DNA of 63,256 nucleotides, counting the filler, from Saprolegnia diclina VS20 (Eukaryota), in NCBI RefSeq assembly GCF_000281045.1. It is 12 parts of 6 records of this genome, joined end to end, with 100 filler letters (N's around TTAATTAATTAA, not from the genome) between each part and the next. Parts side by side here need not be neighbours in the genome. Positions count along the whole stretch, not along the records: positions 9,059 to 23,425 come from NW_008246210.1; positions 23,526 to 31,794 come from NW_008246210.1; 10 more parts are not named here. One strand, written 5' to 3'. The stretch's first letter is position 1, and each line of letters starts with the position of its first letter. The position numbers and the translations under genes were made by a program. Of the stretch, positions 20,939-31,794 are shown piece after piece. The notes beneath the pieces were generated by a model. That model worked only from the letters and a program-made list of their open reading frames with translations. It did not search any database and was not told where the DNA came from.

Positions 20939-21658
20939 TCATACACAGCGCTGTGCGACCGGCTGGAAGGGCACTGCAAGCGCTGGACTAGCCATTTGCC
21001 GCGCCATGTTGTCTGGCGACTCGAACGCCGCGGGTACTTCGACTGCGATCGCAACCGCGTCTTGAACCACCGCCGTGGATTCGTCGTCTGAGGCAGACAA
21101 GTCGACGTCAAAGGCGTCTTCCGAGATGTAGACCGTCGGCGCATCGTTCAATTCGCGCTGTCGGTGGCGCTGCAAAGTGCAATGTCGCAGTGTCGCGTCG
21201 ACGGCACGCAGCGCGACGGCGTGTTCGGTGCCGCGGCGCAGCCCAAGGACGCCAAGCTCGCGCACGGACGTTGCGGCAAAGAAACTCACGTAGAGCTCGG
21301 GCCAGTGGGCGCTTTGAAGAAAAAACGAGCCGTCGGCGTGGACTACGAGCCGAAACACTGTTTTCGAAGAGCTGGATCGGGCCCAGTTGAGCCGATGTTG
21401 CACGATCGAGCGCCCCGAGAGGTACCGCTTGGTCGACGACAATGACTCGGACACAATGCAGACGTCGCAACCCGGCGCCAAGTGGCCACGTGCAGTGGCA
21501 GCGCGGGCATTTTCAAACCGAACGGCTTCGGCGCCGTCATGGAGAAACCGACTCTCGACGACCGTCGCTCCGTTCGTCCTGTCGTCAAAGAGGACCGTCC
21601 CATGCTGCGCGTTTGCGAGCTGCAAGGTGAGCGCGACGGGAAGGCCGGCTTGTAGCAT
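20939..21658 (-). CDS. Hypothetical protein, paralog of 19972-20598
   Basis: 239-aa ORF with the same shared motif and an acidic C-terminal tail. Confidence 0.7.
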   Translation of the reverse strand: MLQAGLPVALTLQLANAQHGTVLFDDRTNGATVVESRFLHDGAEAVRFENARAATARGHLAPGCDVCIVSESLSSTKRYLSGRSIVQHRLNWARSSSSKTVFRLVVHADGSFFLQSAHWPELYVSFFAATSVRELGVLGLRRGTEHAVALRAVDATLRHCTLQRHRQRELNDAPTVYISEDAFDVDLSASDDESTAVVQDAVAIAVEVPAAFESPDNMARQMASPALAVPFQPVAQRCV

Positions 21659-22207
21659 CCCAAATCAGAAATGAACGATGCCAGTTGTACCGGCCAGTGT
21701 CGCTGCCGTCGCATTCGAGACAGGCAGTCGGCGGCGGGAGAGTGTACGGTGTGCCATAGACACGAAAATGCCAGCATGCGGTTTGGCCTATGTTGGACAC
21801 ATTGCAACGTTCAACGACACGACGACCAAGCGCAACGGCAATTGATGACGCTCAGACACTGCTGACGAGAAATCTGAGTAGGAATTTGCTATAGGAGCTT
21901 ATTGGTTCCACTTGAAACGCTTGAAACGTGCGTGAAAATAGTGCTATTCCAACGCTGCGCAATGTCTTAAACTCGGTACCACGCATTGATGACGCCAAAT
22001 TTCAGCACCCCGCGGACATTCTGGGCAGCAAATATGTATGTACAGTGGGTATTTTGCGTGCGTAGGAAGTCGAAACGACCTTTTCACGAAGGGGCGTGTC
22101 TTGCGACCCATCGTGGAGCTAGCATTCTACATCTCGACTGCTACTGAGCAACCCACCTCATCTCACCCGAGGTCTTGGCAGCAATGAAAGGCCATTACCC
22201 CTGAGCA

Positions 22208-23274
22208 AGCTCGCCATGGCGAAAATGTTTGTTCACGCAAGATGGCGCCACGAGGCAGCGACAACAATTTCCGAACTTGAAGTAACGGGGCTTCCGCCGA
22301 TGGAATAAATCCGACATTGTCTACGAGGCCTGTACCACGGTTCATGGCGCCCTACTCGACACGGCGTGGCAAGAACCTCGCAATTCGCCCGGACTTTGGG
22401 TTAGTTGCTCTGTGGGCGATCCACGATTTTTAGGTGGCGCATGCCACCGGCACGATTTCAAAGTCTTGTGCAGTCTCAGGCCAGGGGACGTTATTCCAAC
22501 CTTGACCCGAACATGGCATTGGCAGTGCTGACAGCTCGCTATACCTGATCTACAAAGCGGTGTCCGAACTTCCTCGTGACGCGGCTCCTAAATGCTCATA
22601 TAACAGCATGACCACGAATGTAGAAGTTGTCTATATATGATACTCGTATTAGCAGGCGCTAAAGCGTTAGTCGCCGCGGCAGCCAAAATGCTTGTCGTTG
22701 ATGTCGGCGTAGTGNNNNNNNNNNNNNNNNNNNNNNNNNNNNNNNNNNNNNNNNNNNNNNNNNNNNNNNNNNNNNNNNNNNNNNNNNNNNNNNNNNNNNN
22801 NNNNNNNNNNNNNNAGCTCGCCATGGTGAAAATGTTTGTTTACGCAAGATGTCGCCACGAGACAGCGACAACAATTTCCGAACTTGAAGTAACGGGGCTT
22901 CCGCCGATGAAATAAATCCGACATTGTCTACGACCTGTACCGCGGTTCATGTCGCCCTACTCGACACGGCGTGGCAAGAACCTCGCCATTAGCCCGGACT
23001 TTGGGTTAGTTGCTTTGTGGACGATCCACAATTTTGAGGCGGCGCATGCCACCGGCACGATTTTAAAGTCTTGTGCAGTCTCAGGCCAGGGTCGCTATTC
23101 CAACCTTGGCCCCAACATGGCATTGGCAGTGCTGACAGCTCGCTATCCTAAATGCTTATATAACAGCATGAACACGAATGTAGTCGTTGTCTATATATGA
23201 TACTCGTATTAGCAGGTGCTAAAGTCTTAGTCGCCACGGCAGCCAAAATGCTTGTCGTTGATGTCGGCGTAGTG
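22208..23274 (+). repeat. Tandem ~0.5 kb duplication (22208-22714 and 22815-23274)
   Basis: Both copies run AGCTCGCCATGG.GAAAATG ... GTCGGCGTAGTG with scattered substitutions and a ~45-nt extra segment in copy 1. They are separated by a 100-N gap. Confidence 0.9.
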
Positions 23275-23288
23275 CGGCAACTCGATCG

Positions 23289-23425
23289 GAAGGTGTTGCG
23301 GTCGGGTCCTCAGCGCTGCTCGCTTTCGATGAGCTCAAGGCGACGCTTTGGACCGTCCTTGGGTACACGCTGACGACGCCGCTCGGTATTGTGATTGGCA
23401 TTGGTGTCTCGACGACGTACTCGCC
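23289..23425 (+). pseudogene. 5'-truncated copy of the ZIP transporter gene
   Basis: Matches 18651-18787 with 3 substitutions and runs into a gap. Confidence 0.85.
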
Positions 23426-25688
23426 NNNNNNNNNNNNNNNNNNNNNNNNNNNNNNNNNNNNNNNNNNNNTTAATTAATTAANNNNNNNNNNNNNNNNNNN
23501 NNNNNNNNNNNNNNNNNNNNNNNNNACTCGACGACACTCTTTCCAAATGATCGATCGCGTGAGCACGCAAGGACATGGCGCAAGCGGCCATACTGTCGGC
23601 GATCTGGCTGGAATCGCAAGAAAGTGGAAGATCCGTAGCCAACGCAGGACCCAATGGCAACCACAACATGTGTTGGTATGCAACACAGCAACACAACGAC
23701 AAGCGACGCATACGCACCCAAAAAGTAGCCACCGCCTCTACTTTGCAGTGCGTTGTAGCTTCTAGATCTGAGTTTCGAACGCATGTGTCACCAGACACCG
23801 TCATGTGACCTCTAGCAACCTCTAGTGTCACCCAATTCATATCAAGATGCGAATCCGCCTCCATTTGAACTTGCGGTGCTAGCGAAACGCCAGCAAAATA
23901 CTAGCAAAAGGCAGATGGTTCCGGCATCATGGGGCCGTTTTGTTTATGATGCGTGTGATCTCGGTCGTGAAATTGTCGGCTCCTTGGTACAACTCTACAA
24001 AATTTGGACGAACTGTGCTCAACATGATCACATTTCAATTTGCCTCATGGTTCGCCTCGCTCTCCTCGCTCTCTGCACGGTCNNNNNNNNNNNNNNNNNN
24101 NNNNNNNNNNNNNNNNNNNNNNNNNNNNNNNNNNNNNNNNNNNNNNNNNNNNNNNNNNNNNNNNNNNNNNNNNNNNNNNNNNNNNNNNNNNNNNNNNNNN
24201 NNNNNNNNNNNNNNNNNNNNNNNNNNNNNNNNNNNNNNNNNNNNNNNNNNNNNNNNNNNNNNNNNNNNNNNNNNNNNNNNNNNNNNNNNNNNNNNNNNNN
24301 NNNNNNNNNNNNNNNNNNNNNNNNNNNNNNNNNNNNNNNNNNNNNNNNNNNNNNNNNNNNNNNNNNNNNNNNNNNNNNNNNNNNNNNNNNNNNNNNNNNN
24401 NNNNNNNNNNNNNNNNNNNNNNNNNNNNNNNNNNNNNNNNNNNNNNNNNNNNNNNNNNNNNNNNNNNNNNNNNNNNNNNNNNNNNNNNNNNNNNNNNNNN
24501 NNNNNNNNNNNNNNNNNNNNNNNNNNNNNNNNNNNNNNNNNNNNNNNNNNNNNNNNNNNNNNNNNNNNNNNNNNNNNNNNNNNNNNNNNNNNNNNNNNNN
24601 NNNNNNNNNNNNNNNNNNNNNNNNNNNNNNNNNNNNNNNNNNNNNNNNNNNNNNNNNNNNNNNNNNNNNNNNNNNNNNNNNNNNNNNNNNNNNNNNNNNN
24701 NNNNNNNNNNNNNNNNNNNNNNNNNNNNNNNNNNNNNNNNNNNNNNNNNNNNNNNNNNNNNNNNNNNNNNNNNNNNNNNNNNNNNNNNNNNNNNNNNNNN
24801 NNNNNNNNNNNNNNNNNNNNNNNNNNNNNNNNNNNNNNNNNNNNNNNNNNNNNNNNNNNNNNNNNNNNNNNNNNNNNNNNNNNNNNNNNNNNNNNNNNNN
24901 NNNNNNNNNNNNNNNNNNNNNNNNNNNNNNNNNNNNNNNNNNNNNNNNNNNNNNNNNNNNNNNNNNNNNNNNNNNNNNNNNCGCGCGCGTTCTCGCGCGT
25001 CCGCTCCCACAACACACCGACGCGTATGCCATCCGAGAACCCATGTCACACGACACCAACTTCAAGTCGAGTCGAAGGCGCTGATCATGTCGAGCCGCGT
25101 TCGGGTGGCTTTCAAGTCGCGTTGAAGTCGACTGCAGAGGTAGCACGCTGCGTTGCCATTCCTCTTCTCGAGCGAAAAGGAATCGATTGGCCCCGCAAAA
25201 TGGAGATTCAAGTATGTCCGAAGGGACATGCGCCATTGCATGCATGCATCGTTCGGGATCTGTCCTTGCAGTTGCAGTGCCGTCGCACGACCACGTCGTC
25301 GTCACGCGTTGCATCAACGCCTTTGCAGCACAAGAGAGTCGTCGTGGAGCTCACATGGAGCGAATTACATTGCATAGAGCCGAGCGAGTGCCGAGTGTCG
25401 TTGACGTTACGACGAAATGCGCCACCATATCTGTGAGTGCAGCGTGACTTGGACGTCACCAAGAGTCCGAGCCAAGTGGTTTTCACACGACCTTAAGGAC
25501 TTTGTAGTGGCTACCATGAGCTACTGGGCTACCGCCGTCCGGTTGGATGAAATTCTAAATCGAATTCGAACAAACGGGTGCTGTTGAATGTCGTGTACTA
25601 GTACTAGTAGACGATATCAGAATTTGATGTGGCGCTGTGGTCTACACGCCCGCGGCAAATGATAGGTGAGGGTTGGAGCCTCCAGGAG

Positions 25689-26024
25689 CGAGCCCGTTAA
25701 GACCATCGAGGCATGGGACATACTAGTATCGGATATTTCGACTTAGCGCACGCTGTCGCTAACAACGCCCGTCGACTGCGCGCAACAGACTGAAATTTGG
25801 CGCGTGTGGGACACGTGGTCGATCACACTTGATGTTTGTATACGGCGCCTTGAAGATTCGTAACACAGAGCCGCGGCCTCGACACCATTCATACCAATGT
25901 GCGACAGACACGCAAAAGAAGCCAAATGCCAAGCAAGTCATTCTGCAATCACCACGCCCTTGCTTGTAGCTCTTGCTTGTATCTATGCCGCATCACACAA
26001 TTCGTACCAAAACAGCCCACGTTG
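25689..26024 (+). repeat. 336-bp segment duplicated at 31459-31794
   Basis: Near-identical CGAGCCCGTTAAGACC...CAGCCCACGTTG at both sites. Includes the upstream region and first codons of the 25985 gene. Confidence 0.92.
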
Positions 26025-26479
26025 TCCTGCGCAACAAGGACCTGTTTCCCTTGATAACCGAGTACCAAGCCGGCCTCTATAATGACCTTCAAGCCCACGT
26101 CGCCACCGCCTCTTCGGCGTGGCTCGAGATGCTGCACAAAAAGACTTTTGCGGCGCCGCGCCCGCAGCTGCTCTCCGACTACATGGCGCAGCAGTCGATG
26201 TACGCGTTCTTTGGCCACATTGAGCCGACGACCCGGACGCAAGTCAAATTTGCATTTCACCTCGCGATTCTGCAAGGCGACGCCCCTACGCTCAAGCGCT
26301 GGCTGCGCTGCCGGCCGAATTGGGCGACCGACGACGCGATCGAGCTGGCCACATATTGCGACCACGCCGCGCTTGTTGCCGACTTGCGACGAGCCCAAGC
26401 TAATCCAGGCGCCTACTGTTTAAAAGACGTTGTGCCGCCAAAGAAGTCGCTCTCGAAACTCCGCTACGTCGAAGCCTAG
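25985..26479 (+). CDS. Small ankyrin-like protein of the 'VL...L...I..YQ.G' oomycete family (164 aa)
   Basis: VVLRNKDLFPLITEYQAG N-terminal motif plus FHLAILQGD...WL and DAIELATYCDH, both shared with 50387-52528. Confidence 0.7.
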   Translation: MPHHTIRTKTAHVVLRNKDLFPLITEYQAGLYNDLQAHVATASSAWLEMLHKKTFAAPRPQLLSDYMAQQSMYAFFGHIEPTTRTQVKFAFHLAILQGDAPTLKRWLRCRPNWATDDAIELATYCDHAALVADLRRAQANPGAYCLKDVVPPKKSLSKLRYVEA

Positions 26480-27297
26480 GCGCAATTGATCGTGTCCCGT
26501 CTTGTTATTTAACGATTATATACTCTTGTCTGTCTCGCGCTACTTGATGGAATCTTGTCTCTACAGACAATAGTACATTCACCGAACTTCGTCATTCTCA
26601 TGACCAAGGCTGCCACAAGGCGAGTCGGGAACCCATGTCCACAGCTCCGATTTCCAGCGAACGGAATCCCAACGCACCGGAAACGCTTACATGACGTGGC
26701 ATCCTGTCGTTGCAGAGATAATTCCAAAGAGAAACCATTTCGGGTACCATTAGTGATGGACGTGCACCAGGAGGGAGCCGTAGTATCAGTAGTGTAGACT
26801 ACCTTTGGCATAGGAAGCGGACACTTGCAAGCAGATGCACAACAACCAAGTCGATTTTTGGCCTAAAATGTCTTCTCCAGCCAGAGCTTTGCACCGTCTT
26901 CAGTGAAGGGGTGAGGTGAGGAAGGGCCAAACCGTCAGCGACGATGCCACTAGGATCGAGACCATCGGGACACTCCTATATCGTGCGGTACAAAACTACA
27001 TTTTTAATTTGGTGTGTTGTGTCTGGTCGCTCCTGCATTCGACACGGCGGCGCCCTTTACATCACAACCGCCTTCGATAAACTACTAATTTAAAAACCAC
27101 CGCTTTCGATGTCGCTTCGTTGCGTTTTGGGCCAGACTCCCTCCCAAACACGTACAATTGTGTACAAGTAGACACTTTGCATTTTGACACGCGACGATCC
27201 TCCAATGCATGTACGAATTCCGCAATACTGAAGCCAGCTTGTTTCCGTTCCAAATGTTGATATGACCCGCGCCAAGACATGCATACTGTCGTACCGA

Positions 27298-29034
27298 TCA
27301 CATTCCTTCGTCGGCGACGGCCTCGGTCCGGTGCTCGTCGCCCGAAGACCAGCTGGTTGCGTCGTCCAAGTGTGCAGCCAGAATCCGCGTCGCCACCATG
27401 TTGCCGTTGAGGTTGACCATGGTGCAAATACGATCCAAGAGGACGTCGATGGCCACAATGGACACGAACGCCGTCGGCAGCGTTGCGTTGGGAAACACCG
27501 TCTTCCATACCGTCACGAGCATCACCAGCGACGCGTTGGGCACGGGTGCAGTGCCCATGCACCCCAGGAGCGAGACGAAGAAGAGCACGACGAGCTGCGG
27601 CGTCTCAAGCGAGCTGCCCGACGAAATCGCAAGGAACGTCGTCATGAGTGGGTAGTACAAGCCCGACGCGTTCGTGTTGACGGGCGTCCCGAGGCACAGA
27701 ACGAGTCGGCCAAAGCCGCGCGAGACTTGGCGCGTCTGGTGCACGACTGTCATTGCCACGGGGAGCGCCGCCATGGACGACGAGCACCCAAACGCAAACA
27801 CATAGGCCGGAAAGAGTTGCCGGAGGTAGTTGTACGGGTTGATGCGCGTAAAGAGGAAGAGGAGAAGCGGTAGAGCCAAGAAGACGTGGCACACGACACC
27901 GCTCACAAAGGCAAGCACGAGGTAGCCGGCTTGGGACACAAAATTCGATGCGTTCGCGTTGTACGTCAAAACGGACGAGCTCACGAGGAAGCAGACCGCG
28001 ATCGGGGTCAGAGCGAGCACATTGTTGATGAGCGAGAGAAGTGCGTTCCGGCTCTGCCGGAGAAGGTTGAGGAGACCATTCGAACTGGCATCGCCACTGT
28101 GCGACTTGGCGACTGCAAAGCCGAGGGGCAGAGCAAACACGATGATGCTCAAGAGCGACCCGTTGGCGAGCGAATGGAAAATGTTGTCTGACACCATATT
28201 GTAAATGATCGCAATCACTTGGTCCGTGAGCGACAGTTGCTGAAACTTGCCTTGGAGGTTAAGCACGTTGTTGATGTCGTTGATCTCGTACAAGGATGCG
28301 AGCGTCACATTGGGCTGAATGCACGCAATCGACCCGTTCTCGGCGGCTCCGAGGAAGAGCCCGTTCGCGCACTTAAGCCCAATGATTGCGGCGCTGCTCG
28401 ACGCCGCCGTCGACGCAGTGATGTCGGGTGCAATGTACATGGCTCGAAACACCAGTGCCACAACCATGCCCTGGACAACCGCGAGCGACGACGTGAGAAA
28501 GAAGACGAGCGCGGTCCGAAGCGTCAAGACCGACGTGCGATTGAGCAAAACGACTTCTGCGATCGAGACCGTCATCGAGCAAAAGACCAGTGGCACAATG
28601 AGACACCGAAGCGCGCGGACAAAGAGGTCCCCGGGCAGTGCCATCCACTGCCGAGCTTCGCGCCCGATGTCAAGCGTCGCGAGGAGGAAGCCAAGTCCGA
28701 CGCCGACACCCGTGCCGACGACTACCGCGATCGAGTTGACAAAGACAGAGCTCGAGCGCGCATCAAAGTTGCCGGTCGCGAGGTGCTTGACGTCGTTGGT
28801 GTCTTCGAGGACCGGGTCGTCGTAGACGAGCAACGAGGGCTGCCCGCGCGATGAAAAATCCGTGCGCACACCGAGTGGCGCGGCGGGGGGCGGCGGCCGG
28901 CGGTCGCCGCTTCGACTCGAACTGGCCGACGAGATGGACTCGGGTGTCGCGTGCAAGAGGTGGTGGCCGATCGGCTCTGGCGACGGTGCGGTCGGAGCTG
29001 TCTCGTAGTAGAGGTAGATGCCTTTTTTGCCCAT
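27298..29034 (-). CDS. Dicarboxylate/amino acid:cation symporter (DAACS/SDF) family transporter, 578 aa
   Basis: PGDLFVRALRCLIVPLVF, AFGCSSSMAALP, GTPVN, GTAPVP and DVLLDRICTMVN motifs with multiple TM helices. Intronless. Confidence 0.95.
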   Translation of the reverse strand: MGKKGIYLYYETAPTAPSPEPIGHHLLHATPESISSASSSRSGDRRPPPPAAPLGVRTDFSSRGQPSLLVYDDPVLEDTNDVKHLATGNFDARSSSVFVNSIAVVVGTGVGVGLGFLLATLDIGREARQWMALPGDLFVRALRCLIVPLVFCSMTVSIAEVVLLNRTSVLTLRTALVFFLTSSLAVVQGMVVALVFRAMYIAPDITASTAASSSAAIIGLKCANGLFLGAAENGSIACIQPNVTLASLYEINDINNVLNLQGKFQQLSLTDQVIAIIYNMVSDNIFHSLANGSLLSIIVFALPLGFAVAKSHSGDASSNGLLNLLRQSRNALLSLINNVLALTPIAVCFLVSSSVLTYNANASNFVSQAGYLVLAFVSGVVCHVFLALPLLLFLFTRINPYNYLRQLFPAYVFAFGCSSSMAALPVAMTVVHQTRQVSRGFGRLVLCLGTPVNTNASGLYYPLMTTFLAISSGSSLETPQLVVLFFVSLLGCMGTAPVPNASLVMLVTVWKTVFPNATLPTAFVSIVAIDVLLDRICTMVNLNGNMVATRILAAHLDDATSWSSGDEHRTEAVADEGM

Positions 29035-31458
29035 GCTCCAGGTTCGAGTCGAAATCGGAAATGGGCATATCTACGCAGTCGAAACGAACGCAAGGCGATA
29101 TGTCATGTGCCTACAGTATGTCGTCACTCGACAGGCAGAGGTAGAGGTTGCGTCGCCGGACCAGGTCCTTGTGCGGAGAATGCTTTGGCCGCTGTCCCGT
29201 GAGTCACGGACGTATAGGCCATGAGCCAAACATGAATCGATGCAGCTGAAAAACGACCAACGATTGATTTGCTCCGATAACGACCGAAATGACGCTCTTT
29301 GGCGAGGTTTTGATGGTAATTGCCAAGTCGTTGTGGGCGAGACGACCCCGTCGTGGTAGGTTTTGTAAGATCTTGGGCATTCAATTCGTCGCGAGGACGA
29401 GCCGAGTTCGTGTACGAGCCGGCTGACGGTGGGTGCGATTGGATTTGAAGAGTGAGGCATGGGCTGATGTTGGGAGACGGGAGTCGTACAGAGTACACAT
29501 GAGATAGCCACTAGGTTTGGGTAACCGTGTCCCTTTGCGTTGATGCAGAAAAACGCCTCTTCTTTGGCATGCAGTGTACAGCTCGTACACTAGTTGCTGC
29601 AAGCAACGTGATGGCGACACCACTCGTGCGGACACTTGTGCCATCTTTCAAATACCACGGAAGCAGATCGCGCATGTGAGTTAAATGGGAGTTGTGTTCG
29701 CGCTCCATTGCACGCGGTGCGATGCAAAGGATGAATACAAGCTGCAATAGCATTAGTTTCCGCCAAAAAGTGATTTGGATATGGTCTTGGGCCATGTGCG
29801 ACGCGTTGTTTCTTTTTATATTTTTCGATTGTAACTCTCCCTCTTTTACGGTTGCACTGCGCTTTGCTGGATAACGCCAGCACGACCCAACCCGTCGACC
29901 GCGACGAAGCATCCGGCTGAACCAGCTTTGTTTCCGCGCTCCACAACGGAAAAGAGTACACGTGATATCGCTAGCATTGGACGCCTTGCCTATCCGGTTT
30001 GATCACGTGGGAGACGCGACACGCGTCATATTGCTGTGGGAGGTCCCCACAATACTGTACTAGTACGCGTTAAACCCTGCGTTTGGCTCGTTTTAATCCA
30101 CCTGGTTAGAAACACCTGTTGCACTTCAACGAGCGACACTCACGAAAGATCGGCAGTGCACTACTGACACGATGTTTATCTTCAACAAACAGCATTCGCA
30201 AACAATTGTCAGTGGGCTACTGAACACCTCCTTTTTCGGAGTTTCTGTTCAAAATATTGTGCTGCATACTGCACCGGAAACAGGACTGTCCTGGACGGAA
30301 ATGTGGTCAAGGACTCATGCATCGGTGACCAGAACAATGGCGAGATTACTCGCCGACGCATACTCGTCGTTCGAAGACGTCGTCGTCGCGGTGTCGTTGC
30401 TCACCGCAAAATTTTCGTTTCGACCAACTCACTTGCGCCTCTTACGATGGGTCAGCTCCTTGGCCACTTGAAGACCCAGCCGCGGGTTTTTCTGCCTGGA
30501 CAAGCTCTCGACCGATGGAAGAAGGAGGCGTTGAGATTTTACGCCTGTGGCCGCTGGCCAAGGATTCACACCGAAGTCAGCCAGTAGCTTTGGCGAGCTT
30601 CTTCGCCGAGGCAAGTTTAAAATATATATATTATGGGCCACTGGAGCCTAGCGCTTCCCAATGTGGAAAATAACTGCCCGTGGCCTGGAACCGAAACGGT
30701 TTGCACTACTCCGAAGTACATTGGCGTTGCGAAATGCAATCACCAAAGGGCAAGTGAATGCTGGCGTCAATGTCATCATGTACTAACGGTACTAGTACGT
30801 CGACTATCAAGGCAGTGGGAGACGTACTGGATCGCAGAAACCAAAGGGCCATGGTTTATTGGAATGTCGTTTTTTGAGAAATCAGAAATGTAGAGATAAA
30901 GAAACAACGACTATTGCAGGACTGTGCTTGTTTGCTGGAAACTGCGAGCAAGACAAGGCAGTGAGGGCTCGCGCGTCAGTCTAAACACTTTTGTTGTTGA
31001 AATGAGTCTATCGAAATTTTCAGTCTAAACACTGTTTTGGAAATAGTGCGTCTACTGATTGCCAGAGACGAAGGTTTCGGGGGTTTCGACGGCCTCAAAT
31101 GGACGGCTGCGGAAGTCTTACGAGGCAAACAACTGCGTTTTGCAGCATCCCCTAACCACTGAGTGAGAGTGTAACTTTGCAGAAGTAGAGGCACCAGCCA
31201 AAGGAGATACTCAGACGTTCGATCTTAGGGATGGAAGAACAACTGGTATCCATACGTGTGTTGGAAAATTACTATGCATCGGTTACTTGATTCTAGCAAT
31301 GGACAACAAGACAACCTCCATTTTTCTGCCGCTGGAATATTCGGGACTATTCTGGATGGCGGGAATCTGAAAGATACTTCCGGAATTTGATTCGTGATGA
31401 TGACTGGACACTTCGAGATCTCGCCTCGTGCTGCACCCTCCAGGATAAGCTCCAACAT

Positions 31459-31794
31459 CGAGCCCGTTAAGACCATCGAGGCATCGGACATACTAGTATC
31501 GGATATTTCGACTTAGCGCACGCTGTCGCTAACAAGGCCCGTCGACTGCGCGCCACAGACCGAAATTTGGCGCGTGTGGGACACGTGGTCGAGCACACTT
31601 GATGTTTGTATACGGCGCCTTGAAGATTCGTAGCACAGAGCCGCGGCCTCGACACCATTCATACCAATGTGCGACAGACACGCAAAAGAAGCCAAATGTC
31701 AAGCAAGTCATTCTGCAATCACCACGCCCTTGCTTGTAGCTCTTGCTTGTATCTATGCCGCCTCACACAATTCGTACCAAAACAGCCCACGTTG
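31459..31794 (+). repeat. Second copy of 25689-26024, with start of a paralogous CDS at 31755 (cut by gap)
   Basis: Direct sequence match; reads MPPHTIRTKTAHV. Confidence 0.9.

Noticed and set aside
30172..30893. Possible MULE/SWIM transposase relic
   Set aside because: Only a vague Cys/His pattern, with no TIRs or catalytic motif identifiable by eye.
5992..31500. Frequent intergenic TACTAGTA palindromes as Helitron ends
   Set aside because: No consistent upstream hairpin or matching 5' TC terminus was found; enrichment cannot be tested without counting.
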